Positions 9,957-19,654 are shown, counted from the first letter of the stretch. The stretch is DNA of 64,000 nt from Candidatus Hydrogenedentota bacterium (GCA_963745075.1 CAVUWV010000024.1:224001-288000), one strand, 5' to 3'. The notes: a model not told the origin generated them from the letters alone. Numbers and translations: made by a program.

Positions 9957-11352
9957 ATGAATACACGGACTGCGCGAGAATGGTCGCGGCGGGAGATGTT
10001 GGAACTCATGGCAAGCGGGACACTGGCAGCGGCCTTTGGCGCGGGCACGAGTTGGGCACAACCCAAACGCAAACCGAACGTTATCGTCATCTATACCGAT
10101 GACCAGGGTTCGGTGGATATGGGCGTTTACGGCGCGAATGACCTGATGACACCGAACATGGATGCCCTCGCCGCGCGCGGGCGTGCGCTTCACGCAAATG
10201 TATGCACCCGCCCCCGTGTGTTCACCGTCGCGCGCCGGCATGTTGACCGGACGCTATCCGGTCTCCGCTGGGGTTCCGGGCAACGTGTCGTCCAAGCCGG
10301 GCAATTCGGGCATGCCGACCGAACAGGTGACCATGGCCGAGATGTTTAAGGCGGCCGGCTATGCCACGGCCCACATCGGCAAATGGCATCTTGGGTATAC
10401 GCCCGAAACCATGCCCAATGCCCAAGGCTTCGACTATTCCTTCGGATTCATGGGTGGCTGCATCGATAATTACTCCCACTTCTTCTACTGGTCGGGACCC
10501 AACCGCCACGACTTGCATCGAAATGGGGAAGAGGTCTTCTGCGACGGCGAGTACTTCCAGGACCTGATGATTCGCGAAGCGGACAAGTTCATTCAGGATC
10601 ATCACGACGAGCCGTTCTTCATGTACGCCGCATTCAATTGTCCGCACTACCCGTATCAGGGATATGAACGCTGGATAAAGTACTACCGCGACAAAGGCGT
10701 GCCCTATCCCCGCGACTTGTACGCCGCCTTCCTGTCCACCGAAGACGACCATATCGGCCAATTGCTCGGCCTTATCGACAGCGCGGGGCTGCGGGAAGAC
10801 ACCATCATCGTGTTGCAGTCCGACCAGGGTCATTCCACGGAAGAACGCGCCCACTTCGGCGGCGGCAGCGCAGGGCCATACCGTGGGGCGAAATTCAGCA
10901 TGTTCGAAGGCGGCATTCGGATCCCCTCAATCGTATCCTGGCCCGGTCACCTGCCCGAGGGCGAAGTCCGCGATCAAATGGCCCACGGCTGCGACTGGAT
11001 GCCGACGCTGGCGGCGCTGGCCGGCGTCGATACGGTACCGGAGGGTATCGACGGCCGGAGTATTGCCGACGTGATCGAGGGTGCGTCGGCACCCTCGCCC
11101 CACGATCATCTCATCTGGCACTTGCACGAGGGGGATAAGGCAAGCTGGGCCGTCCGCGAAGGCGACTGGAAGCTGTCGGTGAACGTCCGCGACACGACCG
11201 ACGGCCAGAACGTGAAGACCATCGAAGGACCGTTCCTCGCGAACATCGCGGAGGATGTCGGCGAAACGACCAACGTCGCCGCCGACCACCCCGACATCGT
11301 CGAACGTCTGACCAAAATCCACACGGATTGGCTGGCGAATCAGCCGGGGTAG
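9957..11352 (+). CDS. sulfatase family protein, Tat-exported, frameshifted near 10180
   Basis: SRREML Tat signal and KPNVIVIYTDDQG in one frame; VCSPSRAGMLTGRY, GKWHLG and QSDQG in the frame of ORF 10162..11352. Confidence 0.88.
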
Positions 11353-11376
11353 ACGAATTCGTTCGCGCTGACAATC

Positions 11377-11411
11377 AAAGAAGGCACGGTATATAGCACC
11401 GTGCCTTCTTT
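11377..11411. terminator. bidirectional rho-independent terminator
   Basis: aaagaaggcacggt-atatagc-accgtgccttcttt perfect stem between the convergent sulfatase and peptide gene. Confidence 0.75.
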
Positions 11412-11450
11412 AGCTAAAGCGTTTACCTAAAGCGACTCGAAAGCAGCCGC

Positions 11451-11549
11451 TTACATGTCTCCCTTTCCGGGCTTGACCGGCTTGGCCTTCACGGGCACGC
11501 CCGCACATGCCGGAACTTTCGTCTTGGACGTCGACTTCACGTGCTTCAT
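11451..11549 (-). CDS. 32-aa peptide MKHVKSTSKTKVPACAGVPVKAKPVKPGKGDM (paralog 1)
   Basis: SD gaggag upstream of ATG, candidate sigma54 promoter upstream, terminator downstream, paralog at 12871..12973. Confidence 0.7.
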   Translation of the reverse strand: MKHVKSTSKTKVPACAGVPVKAKPVKPGKGDM

Positions 11550-11623
11550 TCTCGTTCTCCTCTCGGGTTGCTGACCGATGCTGGCACACATACCGCCCAC
11601 GGTCGAAAACATCACGCCCTGCA

Positions 11624-11638
11624 GCAACGTTTTCGCCA
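11624..11638 (-). promoter_or_regulatory. candidate sigma54 (-24/-12) promoter for peptide paralog 1
   Basis: minus strand reads TGGCGAA-AACG-TTGC, i.e. GG-N10-GC spacing, ~75 nt upstream of the ATG. Confidence 0.5.
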
Positions 11639-11771
11639 AGTCGGGGATTAGACCTCACAGGAGGTGGCGCGGTTTGCCCGTGCATACGGTATGGTGGAAT
11701 TGTTTTTTGGCCTAAGTAATTTCGAGACAATAACTTATAGTTTACGGGGACAACATCGCCCTGTTGAACGC

Positions 11772-11800
11772 TTTACAAAAAGCGCTTATACGCCGATAAT
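11772..11800 (+). promoter_or_regulatory. candidate sigma70 promoter for the beta-barrel gene
   Basis: TTTACA-17 nt-GATAAT in an AT-rich intergenic stretch. Confidence 0.4.
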
Positions 11801-11881
11801 TAATAGGGACAACGCTAAGGTCCAGGAGCCGTGGGACCTGGGGAAGGACGAGCAACTACGTTGTCGGAAGGGAGTTAGACC

Positions 11882-12751
11882 ATGAAGTACGCCATCACAC
11901 TGATCGCCGCGGCCGCGCTCTGCGGCACCACCTATGCCGACGAAACCGTGGACCTCAACCAGCATCTCTCCCTGACCCTGCGCGCGTGGCGCGTGGACTT
12001 TAATGCCGAAACCTCACTCGTCAAAGACCTTAAGGGCGACAAACTCGATCTGGACGACGAACTCGCCATCGACGACGACTACAGTCCCGAGGCTATCCTG
12101 CGGTGGCAGATCGTGCCGCGCCACGCCCTCGAGCTGGCCTATAACCATATGAGTTTCGACGGGGACGAAATCGTGGCGCAGGGCGTCGTGATTGACGACA
12201 GCTTCATTCCGCTGTTCGCTCATCTCGAAGTCGACTCCAACCTGAATTTCCTCCGGCTCGACTGGCGGCGGTCGTTCTTCGAGCAGGATGCCCGGTTCAA
12301 TATCGACACTATCCTGGGCGTCCAGGGGTTCGATGTCGAGGGTGAATACGAGGCCTACCTGCCCGGCGGTGGTTGGCGGAAAGCCTTCCCCGATTGGGCG
12401 CGGGACCTCCGCCGGGACATCGGCCATTTCCTGCCCGACAAACTCGACTTCCTGAACACCGATCTCTATTACCACGACAAAGAGGACATCACGGCCGGGC
12501 TGCCCATCGTCGGCCTGGGCCTTCAATTCCGGCCCATCGACCGGCTCACCATCAGCGGCCAAGCTTACGGCATGTACGCCGGCGACTACGGCAACTTCTT
12601 CAATGCGGAAGCGGGTCTAAAATTCCGGCTGACCAAATGGCTTGAACTCGAAGGCGGTTACCGCTATTGGAACCTCGAGTACGACGACAGCGACGACGAC
12701 TACCAAGTCATCATGAACGGCGCCTTCGTCGGCGGCACGGTATCGTTCTAG
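11882..12751 (+). CDS. outer-membrane beta-barrel protein (TIGR04219-like appearance)
   Basis: Signal peptide, alternating amphipathic strands, GGYRYWNLEY...GAFVGGTVSF with C-terminal Phe. Confidence 0.8.
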   Translation: MKYAITLIAAAALCGTTYADETVDLNQHLSLTLRAWRVDFNAETSLVKDLKGDKLDLDDELAIDDDYSPEAILRWQIVPRHALELAYNHMSFDGDEIVAQGVVIDDSFIPLFAHLEVDSNLNFLRLDWRRSFFEQDARFNIDTILGVQGFDVEGEYEAYLPGGGWRKAFPDWARDLRRDIGHFLPDKLDFLNTDLYYHDKEDITAGLPIVGLGLQFRPIDRLTISGQAYGMYAGDYGNFFNAEAGLKFRLTKWLELEGGYRYWNLEYDDSDDDYQVIMNGAFVGGTVSF

Positions 12752-12797
12752 GGAGGACCGGGAGCGCCGGGCATGGCCAGCTGGGAAAACCAGTAAC

Positions 12798-12831
12798 GGG
12801 ACCCATAGGACAAACAAGACCTATGGGTCCC
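12798..12831. repeat. hairpin between the convergent beta-barrel and peptide genes
   Basis: gggacccatagg-N10-cctatgggtccc perfect 12-bp inverted repeat. Confidence 0.6.
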
Positions 12832-12870
12832 GGTTCTCTGAATACGATTAACCACGAGGCTGAATTACTC

Positions 12871-12973
12871 TCATGCACGGGCTTCGTCCGGCTTCACCGG
12901 CTTTGCTTTCATCACTGCCATACCAGCCAGCTTCGGGAGCATTCAACTTCGATAGATGCTTAATATGTTTCAT
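12871..12973 (-). CDS. ~33-aa peptide MKHIKHLSKLNAPKLAGMAVMKAKPVKPDEARA (paralog 2; needs removal of one base near 12935)
   Basis: SD aggagg; as given it reads MKHIKHLSKLNAPEAGW..., but the +1 frame encodes KLAGMAVMKAKPVKPDEARA*, collinear with paralog 1. Confidence 0.6.
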
Positions 12974-13349
12974 GGGACAGCCTCCTGTTGTTTTGTCACC
13001 ACGACGTGTATACCCGAATCGGCCGGCAGATGTCACGCAAACCGTCACCGGCCTGCCTCCGTCATACTCGCGAATCGCGGGTATCCATCTTCATTCTCCA
13101 TCTCTGGACCCCAAGAATTCTGAACCACGAAGGACGCGGCGAAGACCTCTTCTGCTCGTCCGCCAGCCTCCCGACTGGGGGGTGCCGTGTCTTCTTCTTT
13201 TGACGATACAAGGGGGGTGCGGGGCTGGGGTGTAGTTTGTCATGGACGGCGATCTCCCCATAAACATAGATCGGGTAGGGGGTTGCGCGGAAATCTGACC
13301 GGAGGCTGGAGTCCGGAGGCTGGAGGGATTGGGGGGTGCATCCTTCCCG

Positions 13350-14195
13350 CCGACCCAAGGCGAAGGTACGGGCGAATCGTTTTAGCAGTTTCCCATGAAG
13401 CCGGGCGATCTTATTTTGGCTGATCGCGGATATTGCGCGGCAAACGGCATCGTGTATGTCGACGCGAGCGACGCCTTTGTGACGTACGCTTCAACCTCAA
13501 CACGTTCCCCTATGAGGACCGTCCGGACGGCCCTTCGAGCTGCTGAGTCGCTTGAAGCGCTTTACGAAAACCGGCGCGATTCGCGATGTGGCCGGTATGG
13601 ATACCCACGGACGAAACGCACAGCGTTGCCGGACGTGATCTGCGTCGTGCGTAAGACTCAAGAAGCTATCCGACAGGCCCACAGAAAACTTCGGCAGCGC
13701 GCGATCTGCAAAGGGTCATAAGCTGCGGCCCCAAACACTCGTCTACGCGGAATACGTCATCGTCTTCACCACCTTTCCCGAAGAGGACTTCTCCGCTGCC
13801 GTCGTGTTGGAATGGTACCGCATTCGCTGGCAGATTGAACTCGTATTCAAACGCTTCAAGCAGATCGCTCAGCTAGGCCACCTACCAAAGCACGACGAAG
13901 AAAGCGCTCAAGCGTGGCTCTACGGCAAACTCTTCATCGCCCTGATAACCGACAAGCTTATCGGTCACGCAAATCGTTTTCCCCCTGGGGATACGAAATG
14001 GACACGCCGCCAGCCCCCGAGTCCGTGGCGTGAGTTCGCCTTCGCCTTCCACCAAGTCGGCGCGCCATCGATCCCGCTGCCCCTGCGCGACGCCATCGAC
14101 AACTGGAACGCGATCGCACGGGCGCTGGCAGAGAAGCCGCGAAACGACGCCTCCAGATGAGCTCTACAATCATTTGAAACAAGTTAGCGCTTATG
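13350..14195 (+). mobile_element. IS4-family transposase remnant (5'-truncated, frameshifted)
   Basis: GDLILADRGY (second catalytic D) and YRIRWQIELVFKRFKQ (YREK motif) in different frames; probable right end agttagcgcttatg. Confidence 0.85.
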
Positions 14196-14725
14196 GGGGT
14201 GCACCCCCTTTTGCTTTTTGACGATTCAAGGGGGGGTGTGCCGATCGCGGAGTGCGGTCCCCGCGGTAGGGGATTTCCAAAAAGCCTCCGACGAAGCGCC
14301 GGCGCGCAAATTTGGGAGTCAAAACACTCGACCGGTCTCGATATCGTGCCGTATGGGGCATTCTCGAAAGACGTTTTCGTCGAGTTTCGGCGCTCCAGAT
14401 CTGTGCTGGGCTTTTTGGAAATCCCCGGTAGCGAGGATGACGGGCGCGTTGGGTGTTGTTTGGCATGGGCGGAGTTGTCCTTACTTATATGGCCCGGGGT
14501 GTTGCACCGAATCAGGCTGGAGTCCGGAGACTGGAGGTCGTAGCGGCCTCCAGTGTACGGAGTCCTGAACGCCAAAGATGTCCGCGGTGTAACGCCAATC
14601 CCGCGACGCCTTCAAACGGACCTGCCGACAAATGACGACAATCCCAGACCATCCATCAAAGAATTCCCGACCGGCTCAATCCGCGTATCCCAATCCGCAA
14701 TCAAGAACGTCCGGTACCACTGACT

Positions 14726-15520
14726 CTAATTCGGAACATCCATTCGCACCAGACGGAAGCCGAGGTCGCTGCTGGTATTGGCCGGGACCAAGCTTTCTCG
14801 ATTCGCGGAGCGGCAGGATTCCGAAGAAGCTTCCCAACTTCCTCCCCTAACTACGCGGGTGTTGCCCGTGCCTGGCCCCTGGGGATCCGTAACGCCTCCC
14901 ACCGGGTAGTCACCGTACCGATCCTGGCACCATTCATAGACGTTTCCGCTCATGTCGTAAAGGCCCCACAGGTTCGGCATCTTTCCTCCCACGACGTGGG
15001 TTGCGGATGCACTGTTGCCGGAATACCACGCGTAATCGTCAATCGCCGTATAGGACGGATCGTCGCCCCAATAGAAACGGCTCGTGGTACCCGCGCGGCA
15101 CGCGTATTCCCATTCCGATTCCGTGGGGAGGCGGTACAACGCCGCAACGCCTTTCGCGCCATTCAAGGCGTCGATGAAGTCCTGAACGTCATCCCAGCTC
15201 ACCTGCTCGACCGGATTGTCAAAGTAGCTGAATTTCGAGGGATTATGACCCATTACGGCTTTCCACTGGGCCTGGGTCACTTCGTATTTTCCCAACCAGA
15301 ACCCAAACGTGATCGTTACCGCGTGTCGCGTCTCATCGGCCTCGCGGTCCGTTTCATTCGACGGACTTCCCATCATATACGTGCCCGGCGGACACCACTG
15401 GAACTCGATGCCGTCGAAGGTCTGGGTTTCTCCCGGGATATGGCCGCCGGCGCAGCTGGTGGCGAATGCAAGACACAAGGCGGCCGACGCCGTCCCAATC
15501 ACGCGGAAGAGCGATTTCAT
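14726..15520 (-). CDS. formylglycine-generating-enzyme family (SUMF1/FGE-sulfatase domain) lipoprotein
   Basis: Lipobox ATSC; PGTYMMGS, KYEVTQAQW, RLPTESEWEYACRAG, GLYDMSGNVYEWCQD, RGGSW and GFRLV motifs. Confidence 0.9.
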   Translation of the reverse strand: MKSLFRVIGTASAALCLAFATSCAGGHIPGETQTFDGIEFQWCPPGTYMMGSPSNETDREADETRHAVTITFGFWLGKYEVTQAQWKAVMGHNPSKFSYFDNPVEQVSWDDVQDFIDALNGAKGVAALYRLPTESEWEYACRAGTTSRFYWGDDPSYTAIDDYAWYSGNSASATHVVGGKMPNLWGLYDMSGNVYEWCQDRYGDYPVGGVTDPQGPGTGNTRVVRGGSWEASSESCRSANRESLVPANTSSDLGFRLVRMDVPN

Positions 15521-16079
15521 AGCACACACTCCTTATGGGATGGTGCACAAGACGGCGCCCGAGGCTCAATCAGCGAGGAGCGGACACGTGCCTTGCACGT
15601 ATTCCGGTTTAACAGAAACAGAGGCCTTGCAGAGTTCCCTGTCAACCCCAGTATACGCCGGAGCGTGCAATCCCGCAACGACCCCGAGCAGGGCAGTTCC
15701 CGAGGTCAAGACGGACCTGGATAGGGCACCAATCCTGCAACGCCTGCTGTCTCCAGGATCTGGAACCGCGAAGCCGCGAAGTTCGCGACGAAAAGAACGA
15801 GACCCCTCGCGTACAAGACTTCGCGGCCTTCGCGCCTTCGCGGTGGGATCTCTCCTCCTCCCAATCCGCATTCCGCAATCCACAATCGGTACCCCCTCTG
15901 CGTCATAACGTCTTAGCGCCTTTGTGTTGAACGAACCACGCTGCGATTGCCGGTTACATTGCACGATATTGAACCACGGGGACACGGGGAACACGGGGAG
16001 AGGCTGCAGATGGGTTCCCCCACGGGCAGTGTGGCTGTCAGGGCGGCCACACTGCCGCAGCATCCGTTGTCCTGGGCCT

Positions 16080-16159
16080 CCGTCATCCTGAGCTTGCGAA
16101 GGATCTCATCCTCCCGACGCCCGACTGACCAGAGATCCTTCGCAAGCTCAGGATGACGG
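16080..16159. repeat. REP-like long hairpin
   Basis: ccgtcatcctgagcttgcgaaggatctc ... gagatccttcgcaagctcaggatgacgg, 28-bp perfect inverted repeat. Confidence 0.8.
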
Positions 16160-16319
16160 CTACGACGGGTTCTTCAACACAACGGCGAGTGCGATTGGTC
16201 ATCCTGTATCTCCGCATTCTTCGTTCATGATTCTTAATTCATAATTGCCCCCTCTTCTGTTACTATAGACCCAGTAAACCGCATCGGGATCAAACACCCG
16301 GACCGGGGAGGGTTTCGCC

Positions 16320-17384
16320 ATGGTCCTGTACCTGATCATTGCCGTCGGCATCATTGCCCTGATCGTGTTGCACGGGCTGTGTTTGCCGAAAGCGTCGGGC
16401 GTTATCGGGCATGCTTTCAGAGCGCAGCCAATTGCTGCTCTTGGCGCAACTCTGACGGTAACGCTTGCTTTCAGCGCGGACGCCCAATACTTCTCCGACC
16501 CCCGACCGTCGGCAGAAGTTGGGATTCTCGAGGAGGTCTACTTTGGAGAGGCGTTTGTCGGCTCTCCTCAATCAGAAGTTGAAGAACTCTATAGACCCAT
16601 TGTTCGTGTAGCCTTTTCTTGGTGGGGGGACTATTGGCGGAGCTATCAGTATTCCTTCGAGCAGGCCGCGAAAGAGGGGTCTAACTCCTTCTCCTTCTGG
16701 AGGCAGCGTCATTGGTATCTCCGCGAATCTGATGAGCGATATCAGGATGTGGTGAGTCTTGGGGAGCCGTGGGCATCTTGGCAAACGTGCTTCGCAGGAC
16801 AACATGTCATTTCGGCGCCGACGGACGCTAACCCCCGAAGCACGGACTTTTCGGGCTGCCTAAATCACCCGGTTCGTCCTCCCAAGGTGCTCTGCACACG
16901 GAAACCATTCCCCGATACTGACGGCTGGTCCAATCAGAAGTCGATCGAATTCGCGGATTTGCCGTCAAATGTCATCAAGGAAATCGAGAAGTACCTGTTG
17001 AACGACGTGATATTGGAAATGGCCCAGGCCGAAGTTGTGGACAAGAAGACCGTCGCGAAATTCGTTGAATCGGTATCATGCAGAAGGAATAGCAAGCACT
17101 ATGGCATCTATGAGGTGCGCGTCAATTATGATGAAGCCGATTCCGACTTGATCGACCAGTCCAAGATGCCCATCGAAGATCCGGTCTGTATATGCACCGG
17201 CCCGGAAGCAGACGGCGAGGCCTGGCTGCTCGGTGACGGACTGAAACTGTTTTTCATCGGCGACCTCACCGGAAACGGTGAGTCCGAACTCGTCTTCTGG
17301 ATCGACGGATACAACAGGAACGGTTATCTGCTTGCAAACAGCGACCTGCGCGCCGTGGCAACCTACGAATGGTCGTATCATTAG
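16320..17384 (+). CDS. hypothetical membrane-anchored/secreted protein
   Basis: 354-aa ORF with N-terminal hydrophobic segment; C-terminal GDLTGNGESELVFWIDGYNRNGY. Confidence 0.6.
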   Translation: MVLYLIIAVGIIALIVLHGLCLPKASGVIGHAFRAQPIAALGATLTVTLAFSADAQYFSDPRPSAEVGILEEVYFGEAFVGSPQSEVEELYRPIVRVAFSWWGDYWRSYQYSFEQAAKEGSNSFSFWRQRHWYLRESDERYQDVVSLGEPWASWQTCFAGQHVISAPTDANPRSTDFSGCLNHPVRPPKVLCTRKPFPDTDGWSNQKSIEFADLPSNVIKEIEKYLLNDVILEMAQAEVVDKKTVAKFVESVSCRRNSKHYGIYEVRVNYDEADSDLIDQSKMPIEDPVCICTGPEADGEAWLLGDGLKLFFIGDLTGNGESELVFWIDGYNRNGYLLANSDLRAVATYEWSYH

Positions 17385-17560
17385 GCCGAGTCAAGGCGGA
17401 TGGGCGAAAGATCGCCTCAACGTGTCGATATTCTGCATCTGCCGGGTTTTGCGCGGAAGTATGCATGGAGCGTGGCTCATCCGGAAGGTTCATTCATTGT
17501 GGATGGTTCGGGCCAACTAACGGGTGTGTGTTTTAGTTCACAATTTTGGACACGGAACGA

Positions 17561-18304
17561 ATGGCCAACAATCCAAATAGGCAAGCGTGCCGACTTTGTG
17601 GTCGCCACGAAGATCTCCGCAATTCCCACATCATTCCGGAGTTTCTCTATAAGCCACTGTATGATTCCCAGCATCGTGTCTTCCGCCTCTCGACGGGTGA
17701 ACGGCCAAAGCGCATCTTTGAACAGAAGGGCGTAAGAGAACGGCTGCTCTGCGAGTGTTGCGAGACTCAACTCAGTCGATATGAACGTTACGCACGAGGC
17801 ATCCTCGTTGGCGGTGAAGAGATTGGAATCATTACAGATAAGCCAGCCGCTTTCGCGGCGCGAGTGGACTACGCAAGATTCAAACTGTTCGAGATTTCCA
17901 TTCTATGGCGTGCTGGTATCGCTTCCGTGACCGAATTTGCTGACGTGATCCTCGGCGACCATGAGCAGCGGTTGCGGCAAATGCTTCTTGACGAAGACCC
18001 AGGGGCTGCTCAAGAGTACGGTTGCGTGCTCCTGTGGCCGACTGTGCATCGAGATGTCTTTGACCAATTCATCATGTCGCTTGGACGACAAGAGATAGGC
18101 AATTTGGCCGTCCAAATATTCGTTTTTGGTGGCATGTGCTGGATTTTCTCGCTTGCGAGCACAGCAATTGACCGCAACCAGGAAATGTTGTTTCTGCAAA
18201 GTGACGGCGAACTACGGATCATGCGTGGAGATCACGGAATCGGTGCGTATGTCACGCGCTTGGCTGTCGACCTCTACAACAAGAATCCGCACTTCTTCTC
18301 CTAA
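17561..18304 (+). CDS. HNH-like Zn-binding hypothetical protein
   Basis: CRLCGRHEDLRNSHIIPEF...LLCECCE pattern (CxxC...SHIIP...CxxC). Confidence 0.6.
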   Translation: MANNPNRQACRLCGRHEDLRNSHIIPEFLYKPLYDSQHRVFRLSTGERPKRIFEQKGVRERLLCECCETQLSRYERYARGILVGGEEIGIITDKPAAFAARVDYARFKLFEISILWRAGIASVTEFADVILGDHEQRLRQMLLDEDPGAAQEYGCVLLWPTVHRDVFDQFIMSLGRQEIGNLAVQIFVFGGMCWIFSLASTAIDRNQEMLFLQSDGELRIMRGDHGIGAYVTRLAVDLYNKNPHFFS

Positions 18305-18458
18305 TTCGCTTTAGGCCTAGCCAAGGACGACGAGGCAAAGAGGGAGAAGAACCAAGAACAACTTCGGGTTATGCTGGGGTTTAGAATCGAGTCGGCGCTC
18401 GGTCGGGGCCCTACCAACGCTAAATTGGGTACCAACAGAACAGGAGAGCCAGCTTCGA

Positions 18459-18788
18459 ATGCCAGATCGACCAGCAATTACAGCGGATTTGTACCGAAGG
18501 GTCATGGTTGAGGCAGGCTTTCGCTGCGCTATTCCTACCTGTCAACATCCAGATGTCGTGGTCCATCATATAGTTCCGTGGTCAAAGTGCAAGGAGCACT
18601 CCTTTCCGAATCTAATCGCTCTCTGTCCAAACTGTCACATGCGTGCTGATTTGGGAAAGATTGACCGAAAGGCACTCCGAATGTACAAGGCGCGCTTAGC
18701 TTCCTTGTTCCACTATCCGGACATGGAGCTAGAGTGCGTCGCCGATTCTGCGGCCGCTGACCAACGTGAAGATGTACGCTGCGGATGA
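18459..18788 (+). CDS. HNH endonuclease
   Basis: RCAIPTC...VHHIVPW...NLIALCPNCH, a classic HNH signature. Confidence 0.85.
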   Translation: MPDRPAITADLYRRVMVEAGFRCAIPTCQHPDVVVHHIVPWSKCKEHSFPNLIALCPNCHMRADLGKIDRKALRMYKARLASLFHYPDMELECVADSAAADQREDVRCG

Positions 18789-18833
18789 GTTACGAAGTGC
18801 TTTTCGGATGAAAGGGAAGGCTTTCCGGCGTAT

Positions 18834-19463
18834 ATGATTGAAGTGGAGTACCCATATGTTGCCTTACCGCGAACCGAGATTGCAGCCGAACTCAACCGCG
18901 TTATCGAGCGCGAGTTAAATGACGAAGTCTCGGGCTTTCGAAAACATGTTGTCGATTACGTGGGCGAGCATTGGAAGAAATCGAGTGACTACGTACCCGA
19001 GTGCACCTTGTCCGGCTCCTTCAAGTTGTCTCTACTTTCGGAAAAGCTCCTGAGCCTTCGTTTTGCGTTCAGCGCATACACGGGAGGAGCCTACTCGAAC
19101 GTCAGCTATTTGTCGCTTACCTATCAACTGAGTCCGGAAATTCGCCAACTTGAATTTCAAGATGTTTTCTGTGATGTGCGTGGCGCATCCGAAGCCATAT
19201 CGACCTACTGCATTAAGGAATTGACCGCGTCTTACGGTCCCGAGTGGCTGGAATTCGGTTCTTCGGAAGGGGCAGGTCCAGATCCGATGAACTTTACGTG
19301 TTTCAATCTCCACGACCACGGCGTTTCCATCAACTTCCATGACCACCAACTTGGAGGCAAGGCTTGGGGCGCTCCGTCCGTTCTTGTCCCATACCACGTC
19401 TTTCAGGATTGGCTTAACCCGAACTGTCCAACGCACAATCTCCAGTTTTGGGGTGAGCATTAG
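18834..19463 (+). CDS. DUF3298/RsiV-PdaC-like domain protein (same frame as the upstream HNH)
   Basis: EVEYP...LNRVI, LLSLRFAFSAYTGGAYSN, and F.LHDHGVSINF...LGGKAWGAPSVLVPY pattern. Confidence 0.6.
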   Translation: MIEVEYPYVALPRTEIAAELNRVIERELNDEVSGFRKHVVDYVGEHWKKSSDYVPECTLSGSFKLSLLSEKLLSLRFAFSAYTGGAYSNVSYLSLTYQLSPEIRQLEFQDVFCDVRGASEAISTYCIKELTASYGPEWLEFGSSEGAGPDPMNFTCFNLHDHGVSINFHDHQLGGKAWGAPSVLVPYHVFQDWLNPNCPTHNLQFWGEH

Positions 19464-19587
19464 GCAAGGCCTGACCTCTTTGCCATCTCCCGCCCTCATC
19501 CGCTATCCTATCGCCATACGCGTAACCCCGCGCGATGCAAGGCGCGATGACCAATGTAGTCGAGTGAGCGTTTATAATAGACAGGCA

Positions 19588-19654
19588 ATGTAGCGCAGTC
19601 ACGCTATAGCGCGACTGCATCTCCGGAATAGCAGGCGGGACGCCTGCGCTACAT
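19588..19654. repeat. GTAG-type REP doublet (REPIN-like)
   Basis: atGTAGcgcagtcacgctatagcgcgactgc ... gcaggcgggacgcctgcgCTACat: two inverted GTAG-led hairpins. Confidence 0.6.

Noticed and set aside
11451..12973. Calling the MKH peptides SCIFF/ranthipeptide precursors
   Set aside because: Only the first residues resemble SCIFF; there is no six-Cys core and no adjacent SPASM maturase. The radical SAM genes in the window are tRNA methylthiotransferases.
13020..13060. sigma54 promoter for peptide paralog 2
   Set aside because: The best match (CGGTGACGGTTTGC on the minus strand) has GG-N9-GC spacing, one base short.
14726..15520. Calling the FGE-family gene the maturase of the nearby sulfatases
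   Set aside because: It is a lipoprotein lacking the paired catalytic Cys motif of true FGE (only SCRSANR); the domain family is functionally broad.
18786..18788. Selenocysteine recoding of the in-frame TGA
   Set aside because: It lies in an inter-domain linker rather than a catalytic motif, and I could not identify a convincing bacterial SECIS hairpin; TGG-to-TGA is simpler.
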